This document shows, one piece after another, positions 23,720 to 36,287 of a stretch of 50,136 nt of DNA; within the stretch, counting starts at the first letter, position 1, and every line of letters starts with the position of its first letter. The notes under the pieces are model-generated. The model did no database searches and had not been told where the DNA came from. It worked only from the letters and a program-made list of their open reading frames with translations. The translations under genes were made by a program, and so were the position numbers. The DNA comes from Octopus bimaculoides (taxonomy: Eukaryota): contig NC_068983.1 of assembly GCF_001194135.2 (NCBI RefSeq), positions 99,976,680-100,026,815 of the forward strand, written 5' to 3'.

Positions 23720-24095
23720 GTATGTTGTTGTTTAAGCCAGTCAGCTGTGATAGCGCTCCAGCTGTGACTACTCTGTTATTTGTATATCAGAAACTACACA
23801 GGCCAACGTGTCCGTTTTTTAAGATGTAGAATGTGCGATTAAAACGCGATTAGGCTACTTATTTAGCTGTTCGGGCGACAGCTCAGAGGTTCCGTCGTTG
23901 TTACCACGTAGAGAAACTTATTTATTGTTGTTTAGCCCTTCTCCGATGGAGAAGACCTATAACAAAAGTCGAATTAGCTGTGGCCATCCTATCGGCGACT
24001 ACACGATCCAAAGTGTCCTTTCTTTCTAGTAGTATGAGATTTGAGTGTAACTTCGCTGTTGTATTTAGTAGTTCGAGCGACCATCGAGAGGCTGG
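23720..24095 (+). repeat. Old interspersed repeat family (two degenerate copies); relatives at about 24360-24480, 31180-31245 (-) and 37965-38150 (+)
   Basis: Shared motif GTTTAG.CC...AGACCTATGATCAAA...C.AGC..TG.CCATCC among the copies. Confidence 0.45.
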
Positions 24096-24733
24096 CATTT
24101 ATGTTTATTAGTATATATTCGTGCCGTCTGTATATGTTGGGGTTACTGTGTGCCTGTATAGCGATCTTACTGTAAGAGATATAGGAGGGATTTGGTTGTT
24201 ATTATTATAATGTGTGTTATTGTTATAACGTCTATTATCGTTATAAGGCCTTCTTGCGATTCCTTGAAATGCTTTTCTGACATATATAATAAATGACACC
24301 GAGTGATTCAGAAAGCAAATTAAGAAATGCTATGTGTATATATTATAGTCGTTTTTGTTACTTAGCTCTAGTTGGCTCTGATCGAATGGAACTGATCCAC
24401 TCTAGCCGCGGCTATCCTGCATTTTTGTATACTAGTGACTATACGGTCTGGTGATTGGGGTATATTTACCTAAAACTGCACATGCACATACACACTCACA
24501 TATATCTATACCTGCGTATACACATACAAATCGATAATACATATCTATGTATATATGCATATATAATTTAAAAATTTCATGTTTCCGAGTACGAAATTAG
24601 AAATGAAGTCCAGTCTGGTGATCGGGAAGAAGAAATTCGAATAACCAGATGTCAGGTGTTAGCTGTTATACATCCATCTATTTATATCTATGAGAGAGAG
24701 GGGGAGAGGGGGGATGAAAGGGGGAGAAAGGAG

Positions 24734-24774
<41 letters not shown>

Positions 24775-25309
24775 TATATATTTATATTTACTTATACTCG
24801 GAAAGATAAATATCTATATAAATATATTTATACGTCCTGCCCACTAATGATATAATAATAGTATCTATTGCTCGATTGGTTAATTAGCTCTCTTTACTTC
24901 GAGGAAGTAGGATGGGACGAAAGGGCGTCATTACGTCCATAACGTTTCTAAAGTCATTTNNNNNNNNNNNNNNNNNNNNNNNNNNNNNNNNNNNNNNNNN
25001 NNNNNNNNNNNNNNNNNNNNNNNNNNNNNNNNNNNNNNNNNNNNNNNNNNNNNNNNNNNNNNNNNNNNNNNNNNNNNNNNNNNNNNNNNNNNNNNNNNNN
25101 NNNNNNNNNNNNNNNNNNNNNNNNNNNNNNNNNNNNNNNNNNNNNNNNNNNNNNNNNNNNGTGTGTGTGCGTTTGCGCGCGTGCTCGTGTGTATACAACA
25201 GGCATGGACAGCCTTTTACGAGAATCGATCCACATGAGATATGACTCGTCATTAGGCGGGCCGACTACTAAAACTCTGAAGGTAATATTTCGTTAGGCAT
25301 AAGAGAGTA

Positions 25310-25830
25310 TCGAGCTGGCAGAGCCGTTAGCAGGCTGGGGGAAAATGCTTAGCGACTTTACGCCTGTCTTAATGTTCTGAGTTCAAATTCCACCGAGGTC
25401 GACATTGCCTTTCATCATCTCGGGGTCAATAAAATAAGTACCAGTTGAGTACTGAGGTCGATGTAACTGATTTATCCGATCCCTCGAAATTGCTGCTCTT
25501 GTGCCAAAATTTGAAACCGATATTTCGTTTGGTAGAATTGTTAGCATGCTGAGCATAATGCTTAGCGGCATTTCGTCTGTTTTTACGTTCTGAGTTCAAA
25601 TTCCGCTGAGGTCAGCTTAGCATTTTATCTTTTCGGAGTCAATGAAATAAGTACTTGTTGAGTACCTGGGTTGATGTAATCGGCTTACATTATACCCCGA
25701 AATTGCAGGCATTGGCTGGTATGCATGCATTATATACATTACATACATAATGGCAGTGAGCCTGTAGAATCGTTAGCGAGAGGGACACAATGCTTAGCGG
25801 CATTTCTTCTGGCTCTTTACGTTCTATGTG
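25310..25830 (+). mobile_element. Head-to-tail array of three family A SINE copies (third partial)
   Basis: Heads at about 25311 (CGAGCTGGCAGAGCCGTTAG), 25530 (GGTAGAATTGTTAGC) and 25755 (GGCAGTGAGCCTGTAGAATCGTTAGC). Confidence 0.85.
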
Positions 25831-25859
25831 TGCGTAGGTGATGGTGTGTGTCCTCAATG

Positions 25860-26010
25860 CCTCTTGGCAACCGTTGTTGGTTTGTTTACATCCTCGTAAC
25901 TTAACAGCTCGACAGAATAGATCGATAAAATAAGTGCTAGACTTAAAAAAAATACATACTGGGGTCGATTTGTTCGACTAAGCCCTTCAAGGTGGTGCTC
26001 CTGAAATGAG
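25860..26010 (+). mobile_element. SINE family B tail fragment
   Basis: TTGGCAACCG...CGTAACTTAAC...GATAAAATAAGTGCTAG...GGGGTCGATTTGTTCGACTAAG...GGTGGTGCTCC. Confidence 0.75.
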
Positions 26011-26977
26011 TAAGAGCCAAAGGAATACAGACAATGCCTCTACAAGGAATTATTTGCGCCACGCTATTTGACAAATCCTTCATAACCAACGCCAGAAATG
26101 TTGTCCTTCATTAATATTTTTTATATCGAAGACCCACCACACACATACTCGTACGCACACACATTAATCGACGTCTACCCAATTAATCGATTCGAATATC
26201 TAAATCTATTCCAATCCGAAACACACAACAGCATCATATGGAAAATGCATTAAGTTTCCCTAACTAATGCCACTTCTAAAAATACCCAAGAAGTTAAATA
26301 ATAAGAAACAAAATAGCGAATATGCACCGAGTGTAGTTATGTGACTCATATCACATTAAAACGTCAGCGGAACAGTTTTGGGGGAAATTAATTCTCAAAA
26401 TGCAAAATAATTAGTAAAAAATATCAGAAGAAATACGAGAAATTAAAAACTACAATATATTATAGCAAAATAAAATCATGTTTAAACCTATGGTAGGGCG
26501 TTAACCAAGTGCTGTAGATTTGAATCCCTCCAGACCGTCTCTTTCGCATCAATTTTGTTTCTCTTTATTCTTGGTTGGCGCTATTTCATTCTACTTAATG
26601 CCATTAATGCCCTGGACACCATCGGGAACATATCACAGTTTCCCATCCTTGAAAGATCCTCAGACTGTGTCTATATAAGAATCATATATAAAAAATACGC
26701 GACTGTATGTATATATGTATGAACACACACACACACACACACACTCACTGATATATACGTAAGTACATACTTATGTATGCGATTGCTTATGGATGTATTA
26801 ATATAAATATGTGCGTATTTTGTCTCTTACACTCCCTGCACACACTCACACACACTACATACATACATACATACACACTAATATTTATACATCCAATTAA
26901 ACTTGAAACATTCAGTGCAGAGTTCCAAACAACCAGGATCAAATAATATAAATTTGTGTTTATCGTAATTTCTCTCT

Positions 26978-27040
<63 letters not shown>

Positions 27041-27410
27041 ACAGATATATGCGTGCGCTTTGACACCAAACCGTACTAANNNNNNNNNNNNNNNNNNNNN
27101 NNNNNNNNNNNNNNNNNNNNNNNNNNNNNNNNNNNNNNNNNNNNNNNNNNNNNNNNNNNNNNNNNNNNNNNNNNNNNNNNNNNNNNNNNNNNNNNNNNNN
27201 NNNNNNNNNNNNNNNNNNNNNNNNNNNNNNNNNNNNNNNNNNNNNNNNNNNNNNNNNNNNNNNNNNNNNNNNNNNNNNNNNNNNNNNNNNNNNNNNNNNN
27301 NNNNNNNNNNNNNNNNNNNNNNNNNNNNNNNNNNNNNNNNNNNNNNNNNNNNNNNNNNNNNNNNNNNNNNNNNNNNNNNNNNNNNNNNNNNNNNNNNNNN
27401 NNNNNNNNNN

Positions 27411-27704
27411 ACGTAAAGACACGAAATACCGCTAAGCATTTCGCCCGGCGTGTTAAAGCTTCTGTCAGCTCGCCGCCTATTTGAAAATTAATATTCTATT
27501 CTAAGGCACAAGGCCCGAAATTTTTGGGGAGGGAGCCAGCCGATAAGATCGACCCCAGTATGCAACTGGTACTTAATTTATCGACCCCGAAAGGTGAAAG
27601 GCAAAGTCGACCTCGGCGGAATCTGAACTCAGAACATAAAGACAGACGAAATACTGCAAAGCATTTCGCCCGGCGTGCTAACGATTCTGCCAGCTCGCCG
27701 CCTT
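27411..27704 (-). mobile_element. Two tandem family A SINEs (head fragment 27411-27478; full copy 27490-27704)
   Basis: Both end (+ strand) in ...CAGCTCGCCGCC; the full copy has the complete core and tail. Confidence 0.9.
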
Positions 27705-27869
27705 CGAAAACTTCAAAATTGTTACAACTCCAGCTTTCACATTGTCGTTCCTCAGATGACAATTGAGTAAGTAGAAATCAGTAAATTTAGTTAAAAATAG
27801 ACTCTACATTTTTAAGGATCACTTCAAGTTTTAAAGATACCTATTCCCAGGGCTTATTTTAATTTTGTT

Positions 27870-28170
27870 ACTTATTTCATCGGTCTTTTGTAGTCGAGTC
27901 ACTGAAGTATGGGAGCTTAAACAAACTAACAACAATTGTCAAGCAGCGAGAGACTATCACAAACATACACACATATAAATGTATATACACATACAAACAT
28001 CACACACATACACATATATGAAATGGGCTTTCGCCTATTTTCTGCTTACCAAATTTACTCACAAGGCATTGGTAGGTCCAGCGCTAAAAAATAAAACACT
28101 TGCCCAAGTGAGACCGAACGCAAATCCACCGAATCGCAAAGCGAAATTCTTAACTACTTAACCATGTTTG
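27870..28170 (-). mobile_element. Degenerate SINE family B copy
   Basis: ACCAAATTTACTCACAAGGCATTGGTAGGTCC...ACACTTGCCCAAG and tail remnant CAATTGTCAAGC. Confidence 0.6.
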
Positions 28171-28227
28171 CACTTACATGTATGCATGTATGTGTGTATG
28201 TATGTATGTATGTATGTATGTATGTAT

Positions 28228-28684
28228 CTTCTATTTTTTAAATATTATAAATCTTCCACTGAGGAGGAAGCCTGTTTCCAACAAAGATACAAGGCTCCAT
28301 CTTTGGGATGTAGTTAACACAGACAAATTCACATTTGGAACCCGAGAAAAAGACTTGCATACTTTTACTGTTCCACTCATAGATTGCACTTGTAATGTAC
28401 GAATTAGCCGGTCGATTTCTCTTTCTGAAAATCCCAGTTTATCCAGATTCTCATTTAAGCATTTATTAACAAAACCTAGTGCTCTAATTATTATTGGTAT
28501 GAATATGAATTCATAGTCTGGATATAGAAGCTGGAGGTTTCGAAGCAGTTGTCCATAGATATCCTCTTTTTCTTTGATTTTCAAAGAGATGTTTATATCT
28601 GCAGGGTTGCTGACCTCTATGATGGTACATGTCTTTGCCTCTATGTCCCAAACAACAATATCCGGTCTGTTGTTTACATTTGAC
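28228..28684 (-). mobile_element. 5'-truncated non-LTR retrotransposon with restriction-like endonuclease (R4/Dong-like), flanked on both sides by (TATG/CATA)n
   Basis: NRPDIVVWDIEAKTCTIIEVSNPADINISLKIKEKEDIYGQL...IPIIIRALG...SGTVKVCK is the PD-x-E-xK RLE domain and C-terminus typical of R4-clade ORFs. (TATG)n at about 28178-28227 and 28687-28713. Confidence 0.85.
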
Positions 28685-29621
28685 GTGTGTATGTATGTAT
28701 GTATGTATGTATGTTCAAGTTGACTCACCACCTAAAACACTGCGACGAAAACCATAAGTAGCTGTCTAGCAATGAATGACTATAAGTGGTTTATCATTGC
28801 GCGAGTACATATACACTAGAAAGAAAGAATGATCAGACAAACAACCGGTAATAGTTTAAAGCATGAATCTTTTGGGAGATGAACAGTCGGATGTGCGAGT
28901 ATGTACACTCACACAATTGTGTATTACTCTGGCTACTAGTCACCTATTAACACTGTTTTCACTTGGTTACTCACTTCTTATCCTTCCTTCCTACCTCTTT
29001 CTTTAATAATACATATTCTCAGAGTTATTAAGAAACAATAAATAAATTGATAAATAAATAATAGAAGATAAGAATAAGAATGTTTCTTTGTTTTCAATGC
29101 AAAACGTTGCTTGAATCGTTAGAATTCTCTTCTACAGCAGACAAGCTTTATACAAATGTACGAATTATGCTACAATGGAAGCTGTTTATTATAATCAAGA
29201 ATAATGTTATCAAACGGTTATTGGTGGGTGTCAAGCACGATCTGGATATAACCGCTTAAAGTGAGCAGCAGTTTATTGTTATTTAAAAGGCTCCATCCCA
29301 GAATGTTCACAAGCAGCTTTCAATATTCATAGATATGCCGATATATGTATTATATGCACGTGTGTGCACGCTCATGTACACACACACACACACACACGTA
29401 AAGAATCTATATATTGCTTCCTGCATAATTAAAGCTATACACAACACATCCTCCTTCATGGTACTCCCAACCCGAATACCTTGGTACTTTGAGTCAGCTA
29501 ACCGGGTGGAGATTCACTAGTTCTATGCCGACCATATTTTTACCTCGACCTATCTCTTAGACTACTAAAAAAGTTCCCGTAATCTTCCTCCATGGCATCT
29601 AAATCTCACCCAAACTGTACC

Positions 29622-29884
29622 TTAGGGTCTTTCATGAGCCCTAGGACCCACAAAGCCGGAGCTTACTCGTTACAAGAGTGCCCGCCCTCCTGAATGGGAC
29701 ACCGGTCCCTCGCAGGGTTTACTTCCCAGCAATTGCTAGAACTCATTTATAACTGAGTGGACTGGAGTAAAATGAAATGAAGTATTTTACTCAAGAACAC
29801 AACTCACTGCTCGGTCCGGGAATCGAAACCACGATATTACACTCATGGGTACAATACTCTAACCGCGATGTCACGTGCCTTCAC
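29622..29884 (-). mobile_element. CORE-type SINE (family C head) with V-domain-like tail
   Basis: Sense GTGAAGGCACGTGAC...GGTTAGAGT...GGTTTCGATTCCCGGACCG...GTGTTCTTGAGTAAAATAC...CAGTCCACTCAGTTATAAATGAG, then GGGAAGTAAACCCTGCGAGGGACCGGTGTCCC...TAAGCTCCGGC. Confidence 0.75.
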
Positions 29885-29939
29885 AAATTATACGTTATTG
29901 TTCTAAAATAAAGAAGAGATTGAATAATGTAGTCTGGAG

Positions 29940-30231
29940 CAGAGGTTTTCAAACTTTTTGACTTGCGGACCCCTTTATATTTCAGGCTTTACTTTAGGGA
30001 CCCCCTTATAAACGCTTATGAAATTTATACATAAATATTTGCTTAAAATAACATATATTTTTACATTTATTTATTTGACAGTATTTAACAAATAGGCTTG
30101 TCAATTAAAAGATTTCAATTAAAAAACATATAAAATCAAATTGCCCATAAAAAGTATTTGCTGTCCACGGACCCCCTGTCTTGTCCTTGCGGACCCCCTG
30201 TGGTCCGCGGACCACAGTTTGAAAACCCCTG
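29940..30231. mobile_element. hAT (Charlie-like) MITE, 292 bp, with 8-bp TSD
   Basis: TIRs CAGAGGTTTTCAAACT ... AGTTTGAAAACCCCTG. Perfect TSD GTCTGGAG at 29932-29939 and 30232-30239, resembling the NTCTAGAN hAT target. Subterminal GGACCCC repeats. Confidence 0.93.
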
Positions 30232-30624
30232 GTCTGGAGTATACTATTTCGGAAGAAAAGACATTAAAAGCATGAATGAATGACATTGATCATAAATTTG
30301 CACGATGAAAGCCGAGCTGGGTGGGGTTAAACAGTCCNNNNNNNNNNNNNNNNNNNNNNNNNNNNNNNNNNNNNNNNNNNNNNNNNNNNNNNNNNNNNNN
30401 NNNNNNNNNNNNNNNNNNNNNNNNNNNNNNNNNNNNNNNNNNNNNNNNNNNNNNNNNNNNNNNNNNNNNNNNNNNNNNGTGTGTAAAGTATATACCAATT
30501 TTTGGAAATACGCTACAGTGTCACTCCATCCTTGCAATCTCTGATTGTGGAAGCAACCAATCTATCGCCCCCCCCCCTATTTAAAAAGTCATAGAAAGAG
30601 TTGTTTAAAATTATTTCCATCACC

Positions 30625-30870
30625 ACTTTCAGTTCTTGACTTTCTTTCTATGGCATTCACTAGTGGTTTTGGCCTTCGAAAACATTGGTGAAAACAATAC
30701 TGTTTCATTTGACATTTGTAAAGCTTTCGGTCATGTCTGCCATTTTAACCGCCTAGCTAAGTTTCCCATCTGCTGTATTCACTAGTCTTTAAACAATTCT
30801 GGACTCGGTTTCCTAGGAAGGAGACTGCATCGTTGCAGCTATTCACTCTGATGAATTCAATGTTTAGTCG
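30625..30870 (+). mobile_element. CR1/Jockey-like LINE reverse-transcriptase fragment
   Basis: ...FDICKAFGHVCH...LAKF resembles the RT motif LDISKAFDRVWH..LL.KL. Frameshifted. Confidence 0.55.
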
Positions 30871-32016
30871 TGTCACCACACAAGAGTATACATTAACAAC
30901 CAACACACTGTCACATCTAGCAGCGCGCACTCCTTAACATTCCTTACGTAGAAGCTATCCACACACAAACCGAAACACCTCACACCAAATACACACTTCA
31001 TCTATGTACAGATAGATCTTAAGAGCACTATTTAATGTGAACGTGACAACCTAGTTTCTTTCAAGAGCACAAACACTTAGTTAACTATGTACATCAAAAA
31101 ACTGCCTCATATTACATCCTGCACTCTTAGAAAGAGACACCTTGGAGTATGTGTCGGAAGAAAAGAAAAACGGGAAGGTCATGGCTTGAATGGCTTTGAT
31201 CATAGGTTTACTTAATCAAGATTGACCTAAAGATAAGCAACAACAACAACAACGACGACGACGATGATCACAAAACCTCATGAATAGCAGCTAAAACCAT
31301 AAAAGTTACTTTAGGTGTTTCACTTCACAACCTCTGATTTATATATACAAATGCACGTCCGCGAACAAACGCATATACGTACACACACACGCACATACAT
31401 ACCTACCTACCTACCTACCTACCTACCTACCTACATACATACATACATACATACATACACACTGTCAAAACTTCATCATAAATACAAGAATTTCATTTCA
31501 TTTAAAATTTGGGACATTAGTTTTGATAATTAGGCTGAAATACATCGAAGTATTGATTACATGTTTGGTACAGCGTCACACACTCTAACATTCTCGATCA
31601 CATACTATAGAAAGCCATTCGATTGAACCTCAATCACCCACACGTCGCAGTCAGTAGCTAACAGACATATTATTTCTTCTCTTTGTCTCTTCTACTACTA
31701 TTACAACAATGATCTTTGCTTGTCTGAACTAACTAACTGCCTACTACTTCCATCCATGCATATTTTTCTTTCCTTTTCTTGTCACCATTACTGTGTCTCA
31801 CTTCACTGAACTCGCACTAAACATTCCATTCCAGAATGCTCAATGCCGCTCCAAAATCATAAAATTCTGGGATTCACGTTTTTCTTAAAGCCCATCAACC
31901 TACAGGCACTGAAGCTGACCTTTAACTTCATCAATTTTAAAATTTAGAAGTGACTTCGCGAAACTTTCTAAGCTAGTGATATTGGGTTCCCTTTCTTGTG
32001 ACTATCACACATACAT

Positions 32017-32353
32017 CTGAGACCCCCTTCGGTCATGACTGACCATGGGATTCGCCTAGAAAGTTACCCTTCCAGGCACAAGTCCGGGCAAGGTTGTTTA
32101 TGGAAGACCAGCAGTCGCCCATGCATACCGGCCTCCCCTCTCCACACCACCGATGTTATCCAAGGGAAAAGCAAAGGCCGATACAGCTTGGCACCTATGA
32201 CGTCGCAACTCATTTCTACAGCTGAGTGAACTGAAGCAACGTGAAATAAAGTGTCTTGCTCAAGAACACAACACGCAGCCCGGTCCGGGATTCGAACTCA
32301 CAACCTCACGATCGTAAGCTCGACGCTCTAACCACTGAGCCACGCGCCTTCAC
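32017..32353 (-). mobile_element. CORE-SINE family C, full-length, with 7-bp TSD
   Basis: tRNA head GGCGCGTGGCTCAGTGGTTAGAGCG...GAGTTCGAATCCC (A and B boxes). CORE-like GTGTTCTTGAGCAAGACACTT...CAGTTCACTCAGCTGTAGAAATGAG. Tail ...TCATGACCGAAGGGGGTCTCAG. CATACAT at 32010-32016 and 32354-32360. Confidence 0.9.
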
Positions 32354-32575
32354 CATACATACATACATGCATGCATGCTGACACACGCACACACACATTT
32401 GGCGCTGGAGGTAGCGGGGTTTTATCTCACCGCTAGAGATATAAACAGAGTGCATTTTGCACCAAAAGCCAATATGAGAGTTTCTTACTGCAGTATAGTC
32501 TGTTCTGACAGAACATTGACGTTTAAGTGGGGGATAACTATTACTTCTTGGTATTAATATTGCCTCTGTCGCTAA

Positions 32576-32642
<67 letters not shown>

Positions 32643-32654
32643 TTACCTATCTAT
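32576..32654. repeat. (TATC)n microsatellite
   Basis: Direct observation. Confidence 0.95.
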
Positions 32655-32724
32655 ATGGTACTCTGCTAAGAATGTTTGACTTAATGAAAGACTACCGTTA
32701 TTTGTAGCAATTTAACGGGTGTAT

Positions 32725-32950
32725 TTAAAACTCATATTGATTAGTCTTATCGAAAGTCTTCCAAATGTCTTGGTATATGATATTTATGTTTGAATGGCTT
32801 AGCAACTGCTTTAGTATCCAGTCATAATACTTCAACAGTTGTGGGAAGCAGCTTTTACATAAAAGGAAGCTATGCTGAATATCTCTTAACAAATCATTAA
32901 CCTCTAAGAATGCAATCGGTTTTAATCCCTGATTACATCGCTTTGTTGGG
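32725..32950 (-). mobile_element. CR1-clade LINE reverse-transcriptase fragment
   Basis: QHSFLLCKSCFPQLLKYYDWILKQL...NINIIYQDIWKTFDK matches the CR1 RT motif QHGF...KSC..QLL...D.....D.IY.DF.KAFDKV. Confidence 0.75.
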
Positions 32951-33720
32951 AAATTAGAGAGATAGTTGTGCTTCCTCTTATTGTATTGGACATCTTTTTG
33001 CACATGGTTGTAAATCGAAGCAAACATGCAACCGCATATATATTTGCCTTTCTACTCCAAATATACACAAACGCACATATTTTGAGAGAAAAAGTAAGGG
33101 AGAGATTGTTACAGTTGTGTATGAATAATTTGGTGTGCATGTGTATAAGCATACGTCCTTGCGTGAATACTAAGTAACTTGTGGGATCAAAGTTGGTGAA
33201 AAAACTCGTTAACTCAAAAAGAAAATACAGGAAGGAAGGAAGGAAGGAAAGAAGAAGAAGAGGTGGAGGAGGAGGTAGTGAAAGATGGGAGGAGGAGAGA
33301 TGGCGAACGAATCTGATTCAGTGTAATACATAAAAATAATTATTAACGACTATACTTACATTCAGCGATGTAAAATGTTATGTTAAATGATTGTCTCTAG
33401 ACATTCACAAATAACGGATGATATAACGCTTTGTTCTCTCTTGGATTGGTATTAGTATTATTCTTTGGTTCTTCTTCAAGAGCTGATATATTTGTAGTTG
33501 TTACTATTTCGGTAGTTGAAGTATTGTCAGTTCATCCCGATAATCAACAAAATGCTTGTTCTTCCATAAATATGAATTCTTTATCCAATCTCAACGATTG
33601 TAGCCTATAGGAGAGAAAATATAAAATAACTGAAGACAAAACAAATTTTAAAGATATAATTAAATTGAAATCTCTAAAATTCAGTAATATTTAATCTGTG
33701 TTGATATTTTATAGGCTATT

Positions 33721-33935
33721 AAGGCAGCGAGCAGGCAGAAACGTTAGCACGCCGGGCAAAATGCCTAGCGGCATTTCGCTCGTCTTCATGTTCTGCGTTC
33801 AGATTCCGCTGAGTTCGACTTTGCTTCTCATCCTTTCGGGGTTGATAAAATAAGTACCAAACGAGCACTGGGGTCAATATAATCAACCGACTCCTTTTCC
33901 CGAAATTGCTGGTCTCGTGCCAAAATTTGAAACTG
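33721..33935 (+). mobile_element. SINE family A, full-length
   Basis: AAGGCAGCGAGCAGGCAGAAACGTTAGCACGCCGGGC...CATCCTTTCGGGGTTGATAAAATAAGTACC...GTGCCAAAATTTGAAAC. Confidence 0.9.
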
Positions 33936-34004
33936 ATATTTTATAGGCTTTTTCGTCCTGTGTGCAGATGTACTGCTGTAGCTGTCAAATACGTCTTCAT
34001 GCAG

Positions 34005-34130
34005 GACCACTCGGCAGGCCTCCACAACGATGGGAGGACGATTTTGTTAAACGATTTAAACTAAAATGGAAAAGAAAGGCGCAATCAAGAAAGAACTGGA
34101 AGCGCATTGTGATCAATTGTGTATAACATC
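34005..34130 (+). mobile_element. RTE-clade LINE extreme ORF2 C-terminus
   Basis: 34013-34126 reads GRPPQRWEDDFVKRFKLKWKRKAQSRKNWKRIVINCV*, the GRP..RW.DD...W...AQ.R..W signature. Confidence 0.7.
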
Positions 34131-35769
34131 TGATAGTGTGGTCGATGCAGTTTTACAGAGATGATGTACAACAAAATGTTTATGATTTCGATGAAGATAA
34201 AAAGAAAAAAAAAGCATTGATTATGCTGGCACGGTAACTGATACATAGCGAGAATTAAATAAGTGAGGAATCTATGAGAAAACAAATACTACAAACATAA
34301 AACAGACATTATAATACCACAGAAGTAGTTTATGACTAATGTTCCGGGGGCTGCCTGCACAAAAATGATGTGCTACAAACCGATATCTTCACAATGCGTC
34401 TTAAAATTACAAAAATACTCCCTCCCCACCATCTCTAATTGTACGTGTGTGTGTGTGTGTATGTCATTATCATCACACTTGGAATATTTTAAAGTACACT
34501 AGGTAAACTTCAGTCCTTTCCAATTACTTTAATACAGCGAAATAACCTGTATACACAACGAAAACATGTATACACACACGCATACACTTAGATGTGTATC
34601 CTCAAATAAATATATACACACAATACCAGACATACACTGTAATGTATGATCATTCATGTATAAACTAATTTAGAGTGATTATTATTATTACGCAAAATAT
34701 TTTTATTTCTCCCTTTCAGTTTTTGTTTTCGCTTTACATTAATTTCTCAACTGACCTCTTTTCGACTCAAACTACGTTTTATGTAACATGTATACAGAAA
34801 TAAAATCAAATTTACTCCACTTTAAATTAATATCGCATTGAAAATGATTATTGTTTATTGTCATTGAATCGCTTTAGTTGAGGAATTTTTTTTTGTTGTT
34901 GTACATTAGCTTGAATATGAAGTAAGTTACGTTTACCAGTTTTAGGCCTTCCCAGATTGCAACCGATTACTATAATTGGAGAGATGTCTAATGTCTCGTT
35001 GTGAGATGAAACACTGGCTATAGTAAAGACGAAACAAAACAAAACAAAAATACGAAAGATTAGACTTCATTTTTTTTTCAACAACACACATCTTTTTCGT
35101 TTGATTTCTAATCCAGGTCATACCAGCACGGGCCATTACTACGTTCCCAATCTTCATGAATAGGCCTGATCTGCAATCGATAATAACCTTTTGAAAGAGA
35201 GAAAAATTAAGAAACTTTTACTGTTTGAGTGGTCCATTTATTACTCCTTTCTTTGGCATAATGTTTCCGGTTATTTGTAGCAGCTAGCAAAGCTTGAAAT
35301 TCGAAGAACTCACTTTTCATATTCGATCAACCAACTGACTACACACCTTGATAAAGGATATACCTCTCTTTCATTTACTTTACTAATGTAACTCAGTGTG
35401 CTGTTATGTTATTATTCATCGAGCTTTGATGATTATTAGGAAGTACGTGATTTCGTCTACTTTCATTCAATACATGTGTAACGCAACACAACAGAAACAA
35501 GCTAATCAAACAAAAGAAATATTTTACGGGATGAAAACTTGGAAGTTACTCAGCTATGTCAACTGGTTGTTGATTCATTGCTTAACTTGTAACCTAAGTC
35601 CTTTTTAGCTTTTGTTAATTTTTGCCTTTATAAGTAAAAACTGACAATAGCTTGCGGGTAACCTTTAAATAGGAAATGCCTGAGAATGTCTACAAGTGTC
35701 AGTTCTTGGCAATGATGATTATACAGTGATCAAGGTTGAGAATCACATCATTTTAATAACTGGAATAAT

Positions 35770-36190
35770 TAGTCGGTGAGTTGGCAGAATGGTTAGCACG
35801 GCTTTACGTTCTGAATTCAAATTACACTGAAGCCAACTTTGCTTTTCATCCTTTTGGGGAACGATAAAATATGTATCAGTTGAACACTGGAGCTGATGTA
35901 AACAACTTACCCCTTTTCCCTTTAGTTTCAGGCCTGTGTCTATAATAGAAAGAATTATTACAAAGGCGGTGAGTTGAATGAATCGTCAGCAAGTCGAAGA
36001 AAACGCTTAGCGGCTTTTCATTTCTTCTGCCTCTATACGTTCTGGATTAAAATTCCGCCAAGGTCGACTTTGCCTTTTATTTTTTGGGTGGGGGCGGGGT
36101 TTCGATAAAATAAGTACCAGTTAAACACTGGGATCGATCTAATCAGCTTACCTACTCCCCACAAACACCTTAAAATTGCTGGCCTTCGAA
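35770..36190 (+). mobile_element. Two tandem degenerate family A SINEs
   Basis: GGTGAGTTGGCAGAATGGTTAGC... and AAAGGCGGTGAGTTGAATGAATCGTCAGC...GGTCGACTTTGCC...GATAAAATAAGTACCAG. Confidence 0.8.
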
Positions 36191-36287
36191 ACCAGTTACA
36201 GGAGTAATTTTTAAATCTATCATTGAACTGAGAAAATTTGATGTTATCAACATTCATAATGGCCATGGAGTGGCAGAATCACTGGGG

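Noticed and set aside
28231-28731. 166-aa ORF as a host gene
   Set aside because: The N-terminus is translated (CATA)n and the core is a retrotransposon endonuclease.
32270-32353. tRNA gene
   Set aside because: A and B boxes are present but the acceptor and anticodon stems do not close, and it continues into CORE and tail sequence. It is a SINE head.
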